A DNA stretch of 63,770 bases, the filler included, from an uncultured bacterium (GTDB lineage Bacteria; CAZDME01; JAYEMH01): NCBI GenBank assembly GCA_964506785.1. It is 4 parts of 4 records of this genome, joined end to end, with 100 filler letters (N's around TTAATTAATTAA, not from the genome) between each part and the next. Parts side by side here need not be neighbours in the genome. Positions count along the whole stretch, not along the records: positions 18,820 to 37,077 come from CAZDME010000027.1; positions 37,178 to 54,687 come from CAZDME010000028.1; 2 more parts are not named here. One strand, given 5' to 3'. The stretch's first letter is position 1; each line of letters begins with the position of its first letter. The translations under genes were made by a program, and so were the position numbers. The notes below the pieces were generated by a model. The model saw only the letters and a list, made by a program, of their open reading frames with translations. It ran no database searches and was not told where the DNA came from. Shown here in pieces: positions 29,590 to 39,733 of the stretch.

Positions 29590-31311
29590 ATGAAAATAAA
29601 TACTAAACAAAAAATAACGGCGATAGTCCTTGGGTTAGTTTTTTGCATAGTACTATTAGAGGTTGGGATACAACTGACTGGGGTTGTCTTTTTATCCATC
29701 CAAGATTATAAAAACAGAAGAGCGGTGAAGCAAAAAGGCACCTATCGTATTTTATGTTTAGGTGATTCAATGACTGCTAATAAGTTCCCTAAGCCGCTTG
29801 AGAGGGTGTTAAATAAAGAGATGCCAGAAATAAAATTTTCAGTAATAGACAAAGGAATACCAGGAGCGGATTCAAACCGTATAATGTCAATCTTAAACGA
29901 ATCGATAGATAGATACAATCCGGATATGATCATTGTAATGATGGGAAATTTCGAATGGGGAAAACTTTTGCCATATGGAGATATTAATGTTTCAAGAGCT
30001 ACACCTTTAAAAAGTTACAAATTAGCGCAACTTCTATGGTCTAACATATTAGATAAAAATAAAAGAAGAAAAAAATTGAATATAGAGAACGGAGGACCAG
30101 TTAACAGCAAAAAATTATTGCAAACTAGCAATCTAAAAAAATCTACAAATGCAGAAATTCAATCTAAAAACTTGACACGACCAAACTTCAATAATGCAAA
30201 AAAATATATTGGCTTAAAAAAGAATTCGAAACGTAAATTCCTTGATTTAGAACGAGAAAAAAATTGCAAAGGTAAATATTTTTTCGTAGAGGATATAGGT
30301 GCAGATCCAAAAGGTACGTTAAGATTGAATCATCTGTCTGGACTGAGTTTAAATAAAGCTGAAGAAATGTTTAAAAAAGCTATTAAAATAGATCCTCAAA
30401 ATATCACAACCCGTTTTTCATTAGGACAGTTTTATTGGAGAATGGGAAAAATTAACAAAGTCGAAGAAATGTTTGGGAAAGCTCTAAAAGAATGTGATAC
30501 ACAGATTGAAACTTATTTAAAATTGGACCATTCTGATACAAAACAGAAGCAGGTTTATATACCCAGAAGAATAGTAGGCAGGATCGTGGACAGATTTTTT
30601 ATATCTGGTATGCTCGGACGAGTATATAATGACCAGGAAAAATATCATGAAGCCGAAAAAATATTAGAAGAAGCTATATTAAAAACTCCAATAAACGGTA
30701 GAGTACAGATTGATAGAGAAAACAATTATAAATATCCAATAAAAAATGGTAAAACCAAAGAAATGCTAAAGAAAATCATAGAAGAAGAACCAAGATGCTT
30801 TTGGGTTTATATTGAATTGGCACGATCTTATAAATGCCAGCACAAATATGATATGGCTGAAAAATCCCTTAAGAGAGCTATCAATTTACATTCAGGAAAC
30901 CATATGTTATATGGACAAATTGCTCTTCTTTACGCAGAACAGGGGGAAAACAGACTGTCAGAAAAATACTTTAGAAAAGCAGAGAAATTAAGATTAGAAC
31001 TATGCAATCCCAGAACAATCCGTAACTATCAGAGATTAAAGCGAATTGTAACTCAAAAAGGAATAAAACTAGTATGCATGCAGTATCCTACGCGCAACGT
31101 AAATTCATTAAAGAAAATGTTAGAGCCACATGGAAACATTATTTTTGTGGACAATGAGAAAATCTTTAAAGAAGCAATAAAACAAGAGGGAATAGATGAA
31201 TATTTTATAGATATGTGCGGAGGAGACTACGGACATTACACTCCTAAAGGTAATAAGCTCTTGGCTGAAAATATTGCCAATACTATATTAAAAGAAGTCT
31301 TTAACAAATAG
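29590..31311 (+). CDS. Membrane-anchored SGNH hydrolase with inserted TPR repeats
   Basis: N-terminal TM; CLGDS, KGIPG, MGN and C-terminal DYGH blocks; TPR-like AE.MFKKAI repeats between them. Confidence 0.8.
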   Translation: MKINTKQKITAIVLGLVFCIVLLEVGIQLTGVVFLSIQDYKNRRAVKQKGTYRILCLGDSMTANKFPKPLERVLNKEMPEIKFSVIDKGIPGADSNRIMSILNESIDRYNPDMIIVMMGNFEWGKLLPYGDINVSRATPLKSYKLAQLLWSNILDKNKRRKKLNIENGGPVNSKKLLQTSNLKKSTNAEIQSKNLTRPNFNNAKKYIGLKKNSKRKFLDLEREKNCKGKYFFVEDIGADPKGTLRLNHLSGLSLNKAEEMFKKAIKIDPQNITTRFSLGQFYWRMGKINKVEEMFGKALKECDTQIETYLKLDHSDTKQKQVYIPRRIVGRIVDRFFISGMLGRVYNDQEKYHEAEKILEEAILKTPINGRVQIDRENNYKYPIKNGKTKEMLKKIIEEEPRCFWVYIELARSYKCQHKYDMAEKSLKRAINLHSGNHMLYGQIALLYAEQGENRLSEKYFRKAEKLRLELCNPRTIRNYQRLKRIVTQKGIKLVCMQYPTRNVNSLKKMLEPHGNIIFVDNEKIFKEAIKQEGIDEYFIDMCGGDYGHYTPKGNKLLAENIANTILKEVFNK

Positions 31312-31317
31312 TGGGTT

Positions 31318-31393
31318 TGGTGGAGATGAGGGGAGTTGAACCCCTGACCTCTTCCGTGCGAGGGAAGCGCTCTCCCAACTGAGCTACATCCCC
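31318..31393 (-). tRNA. tRNA-Ala(CGC)
   Basis: GGGGATG/CATCTCC with G3:U70, loop CTCGCAC, CCA. Confidence 0.96.
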
Positions 31394-32193
31394 AAATCCT
31401 TTAGCTCTAAATTTTGAGGGATAATATAATGATTCTCCACTAAAACAGCATCAATTACCCGTTTGATTTTAAAGTTGCGGATAGACTTCCGTAAATGACA
31501 GAAAGCAATAAATCCCTCACTATCTAAAGCGTAAATGTCAACCTGCCTCCTCCGCCGCTGGGTGCTATCACTAGACCAAGGGGCAAAATAATCTATATCA
31601 ACAGTTAACTTCTTAGTAAAGGCCTCATTTAAAGTGCCAATAATTTGTTTATCTCGCCCCCAGCGAATGGGAATTAAACCCTGGCGATACAAAACGAATC
31701 CATTGTTTTTACCATATTCGTAAAGGTCGCGGGTAATTAAGACATCGTCCCCACAGTAACTTTTTAATTTATCAAATTCGCCATTTCTAAAATAACGAAC
31801 GGCATCTAATCCGTCGCCACTTTTCCCTCGACCTAAACTATACTTAGCGAGCTCATCAAGCTTCAAGCGGTGTCCTAAAATAATCTCTATTTCTTCTAAA
31901 ATATCCAATGTAGGAAAATTATCCAAAACTTTGCCTCGATATGGCTCAAGAACTACATAATCAAACCTCTTTAGATTAAAACCAATAATTAAATCCGCTG
32001 CTTCCATTAATGAAAAAAGTTCGTGGAGCCTGTCTTCAGTGAAGAATAATAATCTCTCCTGTAAGTAAGAATAAACCCCGACTAGAGAAACCTTTAAGGC
32101 CCGGAAGTTCCTCCCCCCTACTTCGGAAAAGGTATGTTGCGTCTCTAAATCTAAAACTAATTTGTCTTTCTCTTTATGTTTTTTGTTTTTCAT
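31384..32193 (-). CDS. RNase H-like (DEDD/YprB-type) exonuclease fused to a C-terminal WYL domain
   Basis: LDLET, GFN..RFD, YC..DV...RDLY; tail IDY...RRRQVDIY...AFCHLRKSIRNFKIKRV. Confidence 0.8.
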   Translation of the reverse strand: MKNKKHKEKDKLVLDLETQHTFSEVGGRNFRALKVSLVGVYSYLQERLLFFTEDRLHELFSLMEAADLIIGFNLKRFDYVVLEPYRGKVLDNFPTLDILEEIEIILGHRLKLDELAKYSLGRGKSGDGLDAVRYFRNGEFDKLKSYCGDDVLITRDLYEYGKNNGFVLYRQGLIPIRWGRDKQIIGTLNEAFTKKLTVDIDYFAPWSSDSTQRRRRQVDIYALDSEGFIAFCHLRKSIRNFKIKRVIDAVLVENHYIIPQNLELKDLGM

Positions 32194-32217
32194 TTCTTAA
32201 CTCCAGCCGCAGGCTGG

Positions 32218-32302
32218 TGGTGGGGACGACAGGATTCGAACCTGCATGTCTTGCGACACTAGCCCCTCAAGCTAGCGTGTCTGCCAATTCCACCACGTCC
32301 CC
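32218..32302 (-). tRNA. tRNA-Leu(GAG)
   Basis: GGGGACG/CGTCCCC, loop TTGAGGG, long variable arm, CCA. Confidence 0.96.
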
Positions 32303-32363
32303 ATAACTAACTCAAAATATAAAACTACAAATTCAAAATTAAAATTTTTCGTCTTTTATAATC

Positions 32364-32392
32364 AATATAACCGAACTAAAAGCTTTTGTCAA
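32364..32392 (-). promoter_or_regulatory. Sigma70 promoter for tRNA-Leu / exonuclease / tRNA-Ala
   Basis: TTGACA-17 bp-TATATT. Confidence 0.7.
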
Positions 32393-32414
32393 CGCAATAG
32401 CAGTTAATTAATGC

Positions 32415-33383
32415 CTATTTCCCATTAACTAAATGGCAGGAAACCCAATGGCCATCTCTTTTCTCCTCAAAGGACGGTATAACCTTTGAACATAAAGGAA
32501 TAGCTTTGAAACAACGCGGATGAAAAGGACAACCAGAAAACGATTCAATAGAATGTGAAACCTCACCTTTTAAAACGATTCTCTTCTTCTTTACAGTAGG
32601 ATCAGCCACTGGAGTAGCCGAGATTAAAGCTTGAGTGTAAGGATGTAAAGGCTCTTGAAAAAGAGAATCGCTGGAAGCAATTTCTACAATTTTACCTAAA
32701 TACATTACCGCTACTCTCTTACAAAATAACCTAACAATCTCTAAGTTGTGAGCAATAAAAAGAAAAGCTAAATTATATTCTTCCTGTAAATCTTTCATGA
32801 GATTGAAAATCTGAGCCTGAATCGAAACATCTAATGAAGAAACTGGCTCATCAGCAATGATTAATCTTGGCCTAAGAGCTAAAGCCCGGGCAATGCCAAT
32901 TCGCTGCCTTTCGCCACCACTAAATTGGTGGGGATAACGGCCAATAAAAGATGAGTTGAGCCCTACTTTCTGAAGAAGTTCACCTACTGCCTTTCTTTTC
33001 TCCTGACGGGTTCTAACTCTTTTATGAAAAATTAATGATTCTCCAACTATTTCTTCAATAGTCAAACGGGGATTTAAAGAACTAAAAGGATCTTGAAAAA
33101 TAATTTGAATTTCTTCTGCTAAATTTAAATTCGTAGTTTTTTTGAAAATATCTTCATTCTCTAAAAATACCGCGCCACTGGTGGGTTCGAGCAACTTTAG
33201 AATTAATCTTCCTATTGTTGTCTTTCCACAGCCACTTTCACCAACTAAACCCAGGGCCTCTTTAAAACCAATAGAAAAACTTACCCCATCTACCGCTTTG
33301 AGCATAGCTTTGGTCTTTCGCCAGAAACCTCTCTCTATAGGAAAATATTTCCTCAGGTTTTTTGCCTCAAGTAAATTCTTCAT
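32415..33383 (-). CDS. oppF: Oligo/dipeptide ABC transporter ATPase
   Basis: GESGCGKT, FSGGERQR, HPYT, C-terminal Cys motif. Confidence 0.93.
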   Translation of the reverse strand: MKNLLEAKNLRKYFPIERGFWRKTKAMLKAVDGVSFSIGFKEALGLVGESGCGKTTIGRLILKLLEPTSGAVFLENEDIFKKTTNLNLAEEIQIIFQDPFSSLNPRLTIEEIVGESLIFHKRVRTRQEKRKAVGELLQKVGLNSSFIGRYPHQFSGGERQRIGIARALALRPRLIIADEPVSSLDVSIQAQIFNLMKDLQEEYNLAFLFIAHNLEIVRLFCKRVAVMYLGKIVEIASSDSLFQEPLHPYTQALISATPVADPTVKKKRIVLKGEVSHSIESFSGCPFHPRCFKAIPLCSKVIPSFEEKRDGHWVSCHLVNGK

Positions 33384-34372
33384 CTTTTGTTTCGCCAGTT
33401 AGAATAACTTTCTTTAATAGAAATATTGGGATTCCAACAACTTACCCAATGGTCTTTATCACTTTTTTCCATTTTAGGAAATTCTCTACGGCAAATATCA
33501 AGAGTCTTTTTGCATCGAGGATGAAAATAACAGCCTGAAGGAAGATCTGCTAAATGGGGAACTTCTCCAGGAATGGATTTAAAACTCTTAATATTCTCTT
33601 TAGGTAAAACATCTAATAAAGCCTTAGTGTAGGGATGTAATGGTTGCCGAAATAACTCTTCAGTTTTAGCAATTTCAACTATCCTTCCAGCATACATAAC
33701 CGCTACCCTATCAGCCATTTCTGCAATAATACCAAAATCATGTGTAATAAAAAGTACAGACATGTTCATTCTCTTTTTTAAATCTATTAGCAAATCTAAA
33801 ATTTGAGCTTGAATAGTTACATCAAGAGCTGTCGTTGGCTCATCAGCAATTAAAATATCTGGCTTGGAAGAGATTGCCATAGCTAACATCACCCGCTGGC
33901 GCATACCACCACTAAGCTGATGAGGATAATCGTTAAATCTTTCTTCCGGAAAAGAAATACCAACTAGATTGAGTAAATGTAAAACTTCCTTTTTTGCCGC
34001 TGGCTTTGTCTTCTTCTGATGAGTCATAATTGATTCCTGTATTTGATCTCCAATTTTCCAAACAGGATTAAGTGAAGTGGCCGGTTCTTGAAAAACTATG
34101 GAAATCCTCTTGCCGCGGATTTGGCGTAACTCTTTCTCTTCTAAATCTAATAAATTCTTTCCATCAAAAAAAATCTTCCCACAAGTAATCCTTCCAGGTG
34201 GTGTAGGAATAAGCCTCATAATGCTTAGTGCCGTCATACTCTTCCCACAGCCGCTTTCACCAACTAATCCCAGTGTCTCTCCCTGACGAATCTCTAAATT
34301 AACTTTATCAACAGCTTTGAGGAGACCATCTTCAGTATATAAATAAGTAGATAAATTTTCTATCTTAAGCAT
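33380..34372 (-). CDS. oppD: Oligo/dipeptide ABC transporter ATPase
   Basis: [28 protein letters not shown]. Confidence 0.93.
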   Translation of the reverse strand: MLKIENLSTYLYTEDGLLKAVDKVNLEIRQGETLGLVGESGCGKSMTALSIMRLIPTPPGRITCGKIFFDGKNLLDLEEKELRQIRGKRISIVFQEPATSLNPVWKIGDQIQESIMTHQKKTKPAAKKEVLHLLNLVGISFPEERFNDYPHQLSGGMRQRVMLAMAISSKPDILIADEPTTALDVTIQAQILDLLIDLKKRMNMSVLFITHDFGIIAEMADRVAVMYAGRIVEIAKTEELFRQPLHPYTKALLDVLPKENIKSFKSIPGEVPHLADLPSGCYFHPRCKKTLDICRREFPKMEKSDKDHWVSCWNPNISIKESYSNWRNKR

Positions 34373-34382
34373 AATTTACTCT

Positions 34383-35225
34383 TTAACGTAGCCTTGGATC
34401 TAAAATATCCCTTAATCCCTCACCAAGTAAATTGTAGGCTAAAACAGTTATAAGAATAGCTAATCCGGGAAAAACCGTCAGCCACCAGGCAATCTCAATA
34501 GTAGCTTTACCATCGGTAAGCATATTTCCCCAACTGGCTACTGGAGGTTGTACTCCCATGCCTAAAAAACTTAAAGCTGACTCAGTAAGAATTGCCCCGG
34601 CAACACCTAACGTTGCGGCAATAAAAATAGGAGCCATAGCGTTAGGTAAAAGATGATGAAATATAATTCTTCTTCTATAAATACCTAAAGCTCTGGCTGC
34701 TTCGGTAAAATCCCGCTCTTTAAGGGATAAAAATTCGGCTCGAACTAACCTGGCTATGCCTGTCCAACCAGTTAAACCAATAACTACCATTATATTGATT
34801 AAATTTGGCCCTAGAAACGCAATAATAGCAAGAATTAGAAAAAAAGTAGGAATGGTCATAAATATTTCAACAATACGCATTAGCACAAAGTCTAACTTTC
34901 CACCATAAAAACCAGCTAGCGATCCAATAATCACTCCAATAAATATGGAAATAAAAACAGCTACAAAACCAACGCTTAAAGAAATCCTCGTACCCCAGAT
35001 AAGTCGGCTAAAAACATCTCTACCGCGATCATCCGTTCCTAAAAGATGCCCAGCAGAAGGAGGGTGTAAAATTCTGTCAGAATCATATTGGGCTGGATTA
35101 TAAGGAGCAAGTATCGGAGCCAAAATAGATACGAAAAATAAAACGAGAATTACTATTGCCCCGCTTAATGCAATCTTATTTTTCTTTAAGCGAACCCATA
35201 AGATTTGTAGATTTGTTCTGTCCAT
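34383..35225 (-). CDS. oppC: Oligo/dipeptide ABC permease
   Basis: LGTDDRGRD, EAARALG, LSFLGMG, GEGLRDILDPR. Confidence 0.93.
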   Translation of the reverse strand: MDRTNLQILWVRLKKNKIALSGAIVILVLFFVSILAPILAPYNPAQYDSDRILHPPSAGHLLGTDDRGRDVFSRLIWGTRISLSVGFVAVFISIFIGVIIGSLAGFYGGKLDFVLMRIVEIFMTIPTFFLILAIIAFLGPNLINIMVVIGLTGWTGIARLVRAEFLSLKERDFTEAARALGIYRRRIIFHHLLPNAMAPIFIAATLGVAGAILTESALSFLGMGVQPPVASWGNMLTDGKATIEIAWWLTVFPGLAILITVLAYNLLGEGLRDILDPRLR

Positions 35226-35241
35226 TTTACTTTAATTTGCT

Positions 35242-36213
35242 CTATTTATACCGAATGCGCGGATCTGCCCAGGCATAGGCTAAATCAGAAAGTAAAATAC
35301 CCAACTGGGTAAGAAGAGCTCCGACAAAAACCAGACCCATGACCACCGGATAATCCCGGGCCATAACTGATTCCCAAAAAAGAAGGCCCATCCCCGGGAT
35401 AGCAAAAATCGTCTCAAAAATTACCGCCCCTCCAACTAAAGCTGGAATACTCAAACCAAGTATGGTAATGATGGGAAGCATGGCATTTTTAAAGGCGTGC
35501 TTAAAAATAACTCGCCCTAAACTTACCCCTTTAGCTTTGGCAGTGCGGATATAATCCTGCCGGATTACCTCTAACATATTACTTCTTGAATAACGCGAAA
35601 GTCCAGCCAATCCAGTAAAAGCAGAAACAAATACTGGTAATAACAAATGTCTGCCTAAATCAACTATCTTTCCAAAAAAATCTAATTCAGAAAAGTTTAA
35701 AGAAGTAAGCCCAGCAATTGGTAACCACCCTAATTTTACCCCAAAAAACATCATTAAAATTAAAGCCAACCAAAAGCTCGGAGTGGCAAAGCCAATAAAA
35801 ACAAAGATAGTAGTTGTTTTATCAAAAAAAGAATTTTGACGCATGGCTGAAATTAAACCTAAAGGAATAGCAGTAATTAGAATTAAAATCAAAGAAAGTA
35901 TATTTATGCTTAAAGTAATTGGCAAACGTTTTAAAATTTTTTGGGAAACTTTCATATCATCAATAAAAGAGCGGCCAAAATCTAAAGTTGCTAGCCTTCT
36001 TAACCATTGCCAATACTGGAAAATCATCGGTTTATCTAAATCATACAAGTTTTTAAGCCGTGCCCGAGCTTGGTAAGATATTTTTGGATTCATATCTGCC
36101 CCTAAAGGGGAAGGTTCACCTGGCGCAAGGTGAATAATTAGGAAAGAAAGTAAAGAAATACCAACAAGAAGCGGTAAAATAAACGAAAGGCGTTTTAAAA
36201 AATAAAATAACAT
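35242..36213 (-). CDS. oppB: Oligo/dipeptide ABC permease
   Basis: DFGRS, DYIRTAKAKG, RDYPV, ADPRIR. Confidence 0.93.
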   Translation of the reverse strand: MLFYFLKRLSFILPLLVGISLLSFLIIHLAPGEPSPLGADMNPKISYQARARLKNLYDLDKPMIFQYWQWLRRLATLDFGRSFIDDMKVSQKILKRLPITLSINILSLILILITAIPLGLISAMRQNSFFDKTTTIFVFIGFATPSFWLALILMMFFGVKLGWLPIAGLTSLNFSELDFFGKIVDLGRHLLLPVFVSAFTGLAGLSRYSRSNMLEVIRQDYIRTAKAKGVSLGRVIFKHAFKNAMLPIITILGLSIPALVGGAVIFETIFAIPGMGLLFWESVMARDYPVVMGLVFVGALLTQLGILLSDLAYAWADPRIRYK

Positions 36214-36214
36214 T

Positions 36215-37077
36215 TTAAGGCACTATTTCAATCTTATATTTTTGCTCTTTCTCTGGTACATACCATTTAGTGAAATTATATCCAATGCCTAAAGGAGCTG
36301 CTTTGATACCCCGAAAGCGTCTGTGAATTATCGGAAGAGAATCAGGAACATAAAGAAAAAGATAGGGTAAATCTTCGGAAATTTTTAGATGTATGCTTTG
36401 ATAAATCTTTTGGCGCTCCTCTTGATCAAAAGTTCTCCGCCCACGAATGAGTAACCGGTCAACTTCAGGATTTTTATAAGATACAAAATTAAATTCGCCT
36501 TCACGGATTTTACTGGAGTGGAATATGTCATATAAATCCGGATCGCGGGATAAACTCCACCCCAAAATCAAAGCTTCAAAGCGTTTCTTATCAACAAATT
36601 CATGTAAAAATGTCTGCCATTCAAGCATTCTAATTTCAACCTTAATCCCAATTTTACTTAAATCGTGCTGAATCATCTCAGCACATTTCTTTCTTTGGAT
36701 ATTCCCTTGGTTCGTGATTAAAGTGAACTTAAAAACCTGGCCGTTTTTATCAAGATATCCATCTCCATTAGAATCATACCATCCGCAAATTTTTAATAGC
36801 TTTTTTGCCTTATCTGGATTATAACTGTACCTCTTTACTTCGGGATTGTATGCCCAAGAAGTCGGAGGGTACGGACCAGTAGCTACTTCACCTAACCCAA
36901 GCAATATTCCCTTAATAATATTTTCTTTATCGATCGCATAAGCAAAAGCTTCTCTTATCCTTTTATCCTTAAATCTATCATCCAATAAATTAAAGCCTAA
37001 ATAGGTAAAAGCAAAACTGGGATAACGGTATCTTTGAAAATTATTTTTAAAATAAGGCGTTTCTGTCTGAAGAGAAT
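36215..37077 (-). CDS. oppA: Peptide ABC substrate-binding protein (5' truncated)
   Basis: F.D.RIREA.AYAID, YNPDKAKKLL, Y.NPEVD.L; frame open to the gap. Confidence 0.9.
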
Positions 37078-37177
37078 NNNNNNNNNNNNNNNNNNNNNNN
37101 NNNNNNNNNNNNNNNNNNNNNTTAATTAATTAANNNNNNNNNNNNNNNNNNNNNNNNNNNNNNNNNNNNNNNNNNNN
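37078..37177. other. Artificial contig linker
   Basis: N run with TTAATTAATTAA. Confidence 0.99.
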
Positions 37178-37225
37178 ATAGAAGCTGTTTATTTCTTAAA
37201 GCCCCTATTCTAAACTCTCCGGTAG

Positions 37226-37339
37226 ACCCCGGTAGAAATAGATTACCTTTAGACCGCCGGAAATCATATTTATAATCTGATAGGGCTCTTTAGTTCTTTG
37301 CTTATTATGTAATTTCTGTGTTTGCTTTTCTAACGGGGT
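37226..37339. mobile_element. MITE-like element overlapping the argJ 3' end
   Basis: ACCCCGGTAGAAA ... TTTCTAACGGGGT inverted ends (12 of 13 match). Confidence 0.55.
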
Positions 37340-38534
37340 GAAAATAGCCGGCATTAATTTTGATATATTCCGGGGAGAGATCGGTAGTTAAGATTTTTTT
37401 CTCTCCTTTACCTATTCCCAGGTTAACCAGAATGCTTATTTTCCTGTTTTTAAGAAGGCGGTAAATCCTGGCCGGTGAAAAATCAAAGGCTTTGCCTTTT
37501 TTTACTACCGGCCGGTCTCCATAATAAATATCGATTTTTTCTTCCTTCAATTTTATAACAGAGGATCCCAGGGCAGCCATAATCCTTCCCCAGTTAGGAT
37601 CGGCACCAAAAAACGAAGTTTTGACCAGATTGGACCGGGCAATTGCCCGGGCAGCTTTTTCTGCTTCCCGCCCGTTAGATGCACCCTTGACCATAATCTC
37701 AATAAATTTAGTTGCCCCTTCACCGTCTTCGACGATCTTTCCGGCTAAAAATTGCGCCACCAGATTCAGCCCTTCTTTGAACTTTAGAAAGTCTTTATTT
37801 TCCTTCTCTATTTTCTTATTATGCGCCAAGCCATTAGCTAAAATAATTACCATATCATTGGTACTTTGGTCGCCGTCTATGGTGATAGCATTAAAGGAAT
37901 TATCCACCGCCTCTCGCAAAGCCTTCCTGAGCAATTTTTTACTGATGTTGGCGTCGGTAGTAAGGAAACAAAGCATGGTAGCCATATTAGGACAAATCAT
38001 CCCCGCCCCTTTAGCTACCCCGCCAATTTTTATCCGCCGTCCGGCGATTGTTGTCTGCCAGGCAGATTCTTTTAAAAAACTGTCGGTCGTCATTATCGCC
38101 TCAGCGACAGACTGATGATTTTCTTTTGACAATCTATGCATAAGGCTGCTAATTCCGATTTTAAGGCGCTCCATCGGAAGATTTTTCCCGATAATCCCGG
38201 TTGAAGAGACTAAAATTTCTTCAGCCTTTATACCTAAAGCCAGAGCGGTAAAGCGCGCCGTCTCTTTGGCATCCTCTAATCCTTTTTTTCCGGTGCAGGC
38301 ATTGGCGTTTCCGGCATTGACGATAATCGCTTTAAATTTTCCTTTTTTTATTTTTTTCCGATCTAATTTAACCGGGGCGGCAACAATTTTGTTAACGGTA
38401 AAAACTCCGGCCGCCTGAGATGGCACCTCAGAGAAGATAAGAGCTAAATCTAATTTGGCCTTTTTAATTCCGCAATGAGCAGCCGCGCCTTTAAAACCTG
38501 ATGGAGCGGTTATTCCACCTTTAACAAATGGCAT
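37305..38534 (-). CDS. argJ: Ornithine acetyltransferase / glutamate N-acetyltransferase
   Basis: GNANACTG, IMTTD, KGAGMICPNMATML, DGEGATK, PNWGR. Confidence 0.97.
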   Translation of the reverse strand: MPFVKGGITAPSGFKGAAAHCGIKKAKLDLALIFSEVPSQAAGVFTVNKIVAAPVKLDRKKIKKGKFKAIIVNAGNANACTGKKGLEDAKETARFTALALGIKAEEILVSSTGIIGKNLPMERLKIGISSLMHRLSKENHQSVAEAIMTTDSFLKESAWQTTIAGRRIKIGGVAKGAGMICPNMATMLCFLTTDANISKKLLRKALREAVDNSFNAITIDGDQSTNDMVIILANGLAHNKKIEKENKDFLKFKEGLNLVAQFLAGKIVEDGEGATKFIEIMVKGASNGREAEKAARAIARSNLVKTSFFGADPNWGRIMAALGSSVIKLKEEKIDIYYGDRPVVKKGKAFDFSPARIYRLLKNRKISILVNLGIGKGEKKILTTDLSPEYIKINAGYFHPVRKANTEIT

Positions 38535-38548
38535 TTTAATCCCTCCAC

Positions 38549-39568
38549 CTAAATCAATCCTTCGTCTTCAGAGAAACCACAACAAATATTCATATTTTGC
38601 ACCGCCTGTCCGGCGGCTCCCTTACCTAAATTATCAATAGCCGAGATGGCAATGGCCACCTTCCCTTTAGCATACAGGCCAAGGCGGCAAAAATTCCCCA
38701 TCCGGACAGACTTTGTCTCCGGGAAATGGCCTAAGTCTAAAACCTGAACAAAAGGTTCGTCTTTATATGAATCTTTAAAAATCTGCCAGAGTTCTTTTTC
38801 TTTTAATTCGTCCTTAAGCTGGAGATAAATGCTGGAGAGAATCCCCCTCTGGATGGGAATTAGATGAGGTACAAAAGTCAGCTTAAGCTCAGACCCGCTG
38901 GCCTCAGCTAAAATCTGTTCCATTTCCACCTGATGCTGGTGCTGGCCAACTTTATAAGCTTTTACATTTTCTTTTGCCGCCGAGGCAAGAGAATTGAGGA
39001 CAACATTGCGCCCGGCTCCGGTGACTCCGGTTTTAGCGTCAATAAAAATAGGGGCTGATTTATCCAAGAGCTTCTTCTTGGCTAAGGGAAGGATACCAAG
39101 AATTACCGAAGTAGGAAAACAACCGGGGTTAGCAATTAATTTGGCTTTCTTTATCTTCTCCCGGTACATTTCCGGGAGGCCGTAAACCGCCTCGGCCAAA
39201 AATTCAGCCGCCTGGTGGCTAAACTTATAATGCCGGGGGTATAAAGAAGCGTCTTTCAAGCGGAAATCAGCGCTCAAATCAATAACAGTTTTCCCTTTTT
39301 TCAAAAGCGGCGGAGCTAACTGCATGGCCGCCCCGTGAGGAACAGCTAAAAAAACCAAATCGGCATTTTGGGCAACTTCATCTAAATCGGGTTCTTTACA
39401 AATCAGCTCTATCTTTCCCTTAAGCTCTGGGAAAAGTTCACTTATGAAAGCCGGTTTATCAATTTTAGCCGAGAGGGAGGTTATTTTCACCCCGGGATGA
39501 ACGACTAAAATCTTAACCAGCTCTTCTCCGGTATATCCGGTGGCGCCGACTATAGCTACCTTAATCAT
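38549..39568 (-). CDS. argC: N-acetyl-gamma-glutamyl-phosphate reductase
   Basis: GATGYTG, ANPGCFPT, IDNLGKGAAGQAVQNMN. Confidence 0.98.
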   Translation of the reverse strand: MIKVAIVGATGYTGEELVKILVVHPGVKITSLSAKIDKPAFISELFPELKGKIELICKEPDLDEVAQNADLVFLAVPHGAAMQLAPPLLKKGKTVIDLSADFRLKDASLYPRHYKFSHQAAEFLAEAVYGLPEMYREKIKKAKLIANPGCFPTSVILGILPLAKKKLLDKSAPIFIDAKTGVTGAGRNVVLNSLASAAKENVKAYKVGQHQHQVEMEQILAEASGSELKLTFVPHLIPIQRGILSSIYLQLKDELKEKELWQIFKDSYKDEPFVQVLDLGHFPETKSVRMGNFCRLGLYAKGKVAIAISAIDNLGKGAAGQAVQNMNICCGFSEDEGLI

Positions 39569-39604
39569 TTCCTTCCCTTTTAGATTTCGTTATCATGGAG
39601 CTAT

Positions 39605-39633
39605 ATTATACCTACTAAATAGATATCTGTCAA
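39605..39633 (-). promoter_or_regulatory. Consensus sigma70 promoter for argCJ
   Basis: TTGACA-17 bp-TATAAT. Confidence 0.85.
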
Positions 39634-39733
39634 TAAAAGTTAAAGCCCTCCTCCACCCCTTCCAATCAACCAATAAAAAAATCACACTTACGAAGTGTGA
39701 TAAATTGTGTGATTTGGGAAGCAGGACTAAAAA

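Noticed and set aside
29440..31393. Integrative element at tRNA-Ala(CGC)
   Set aside because: No integrase and no duplicated tRNA 3' end found by eye.
37671..37680. CCCGTTAGAT inside argJ
   Set aside because: Encodes ordinary ArgJ sequence, has no partner repeat and causes no length anomaly; likely chance.
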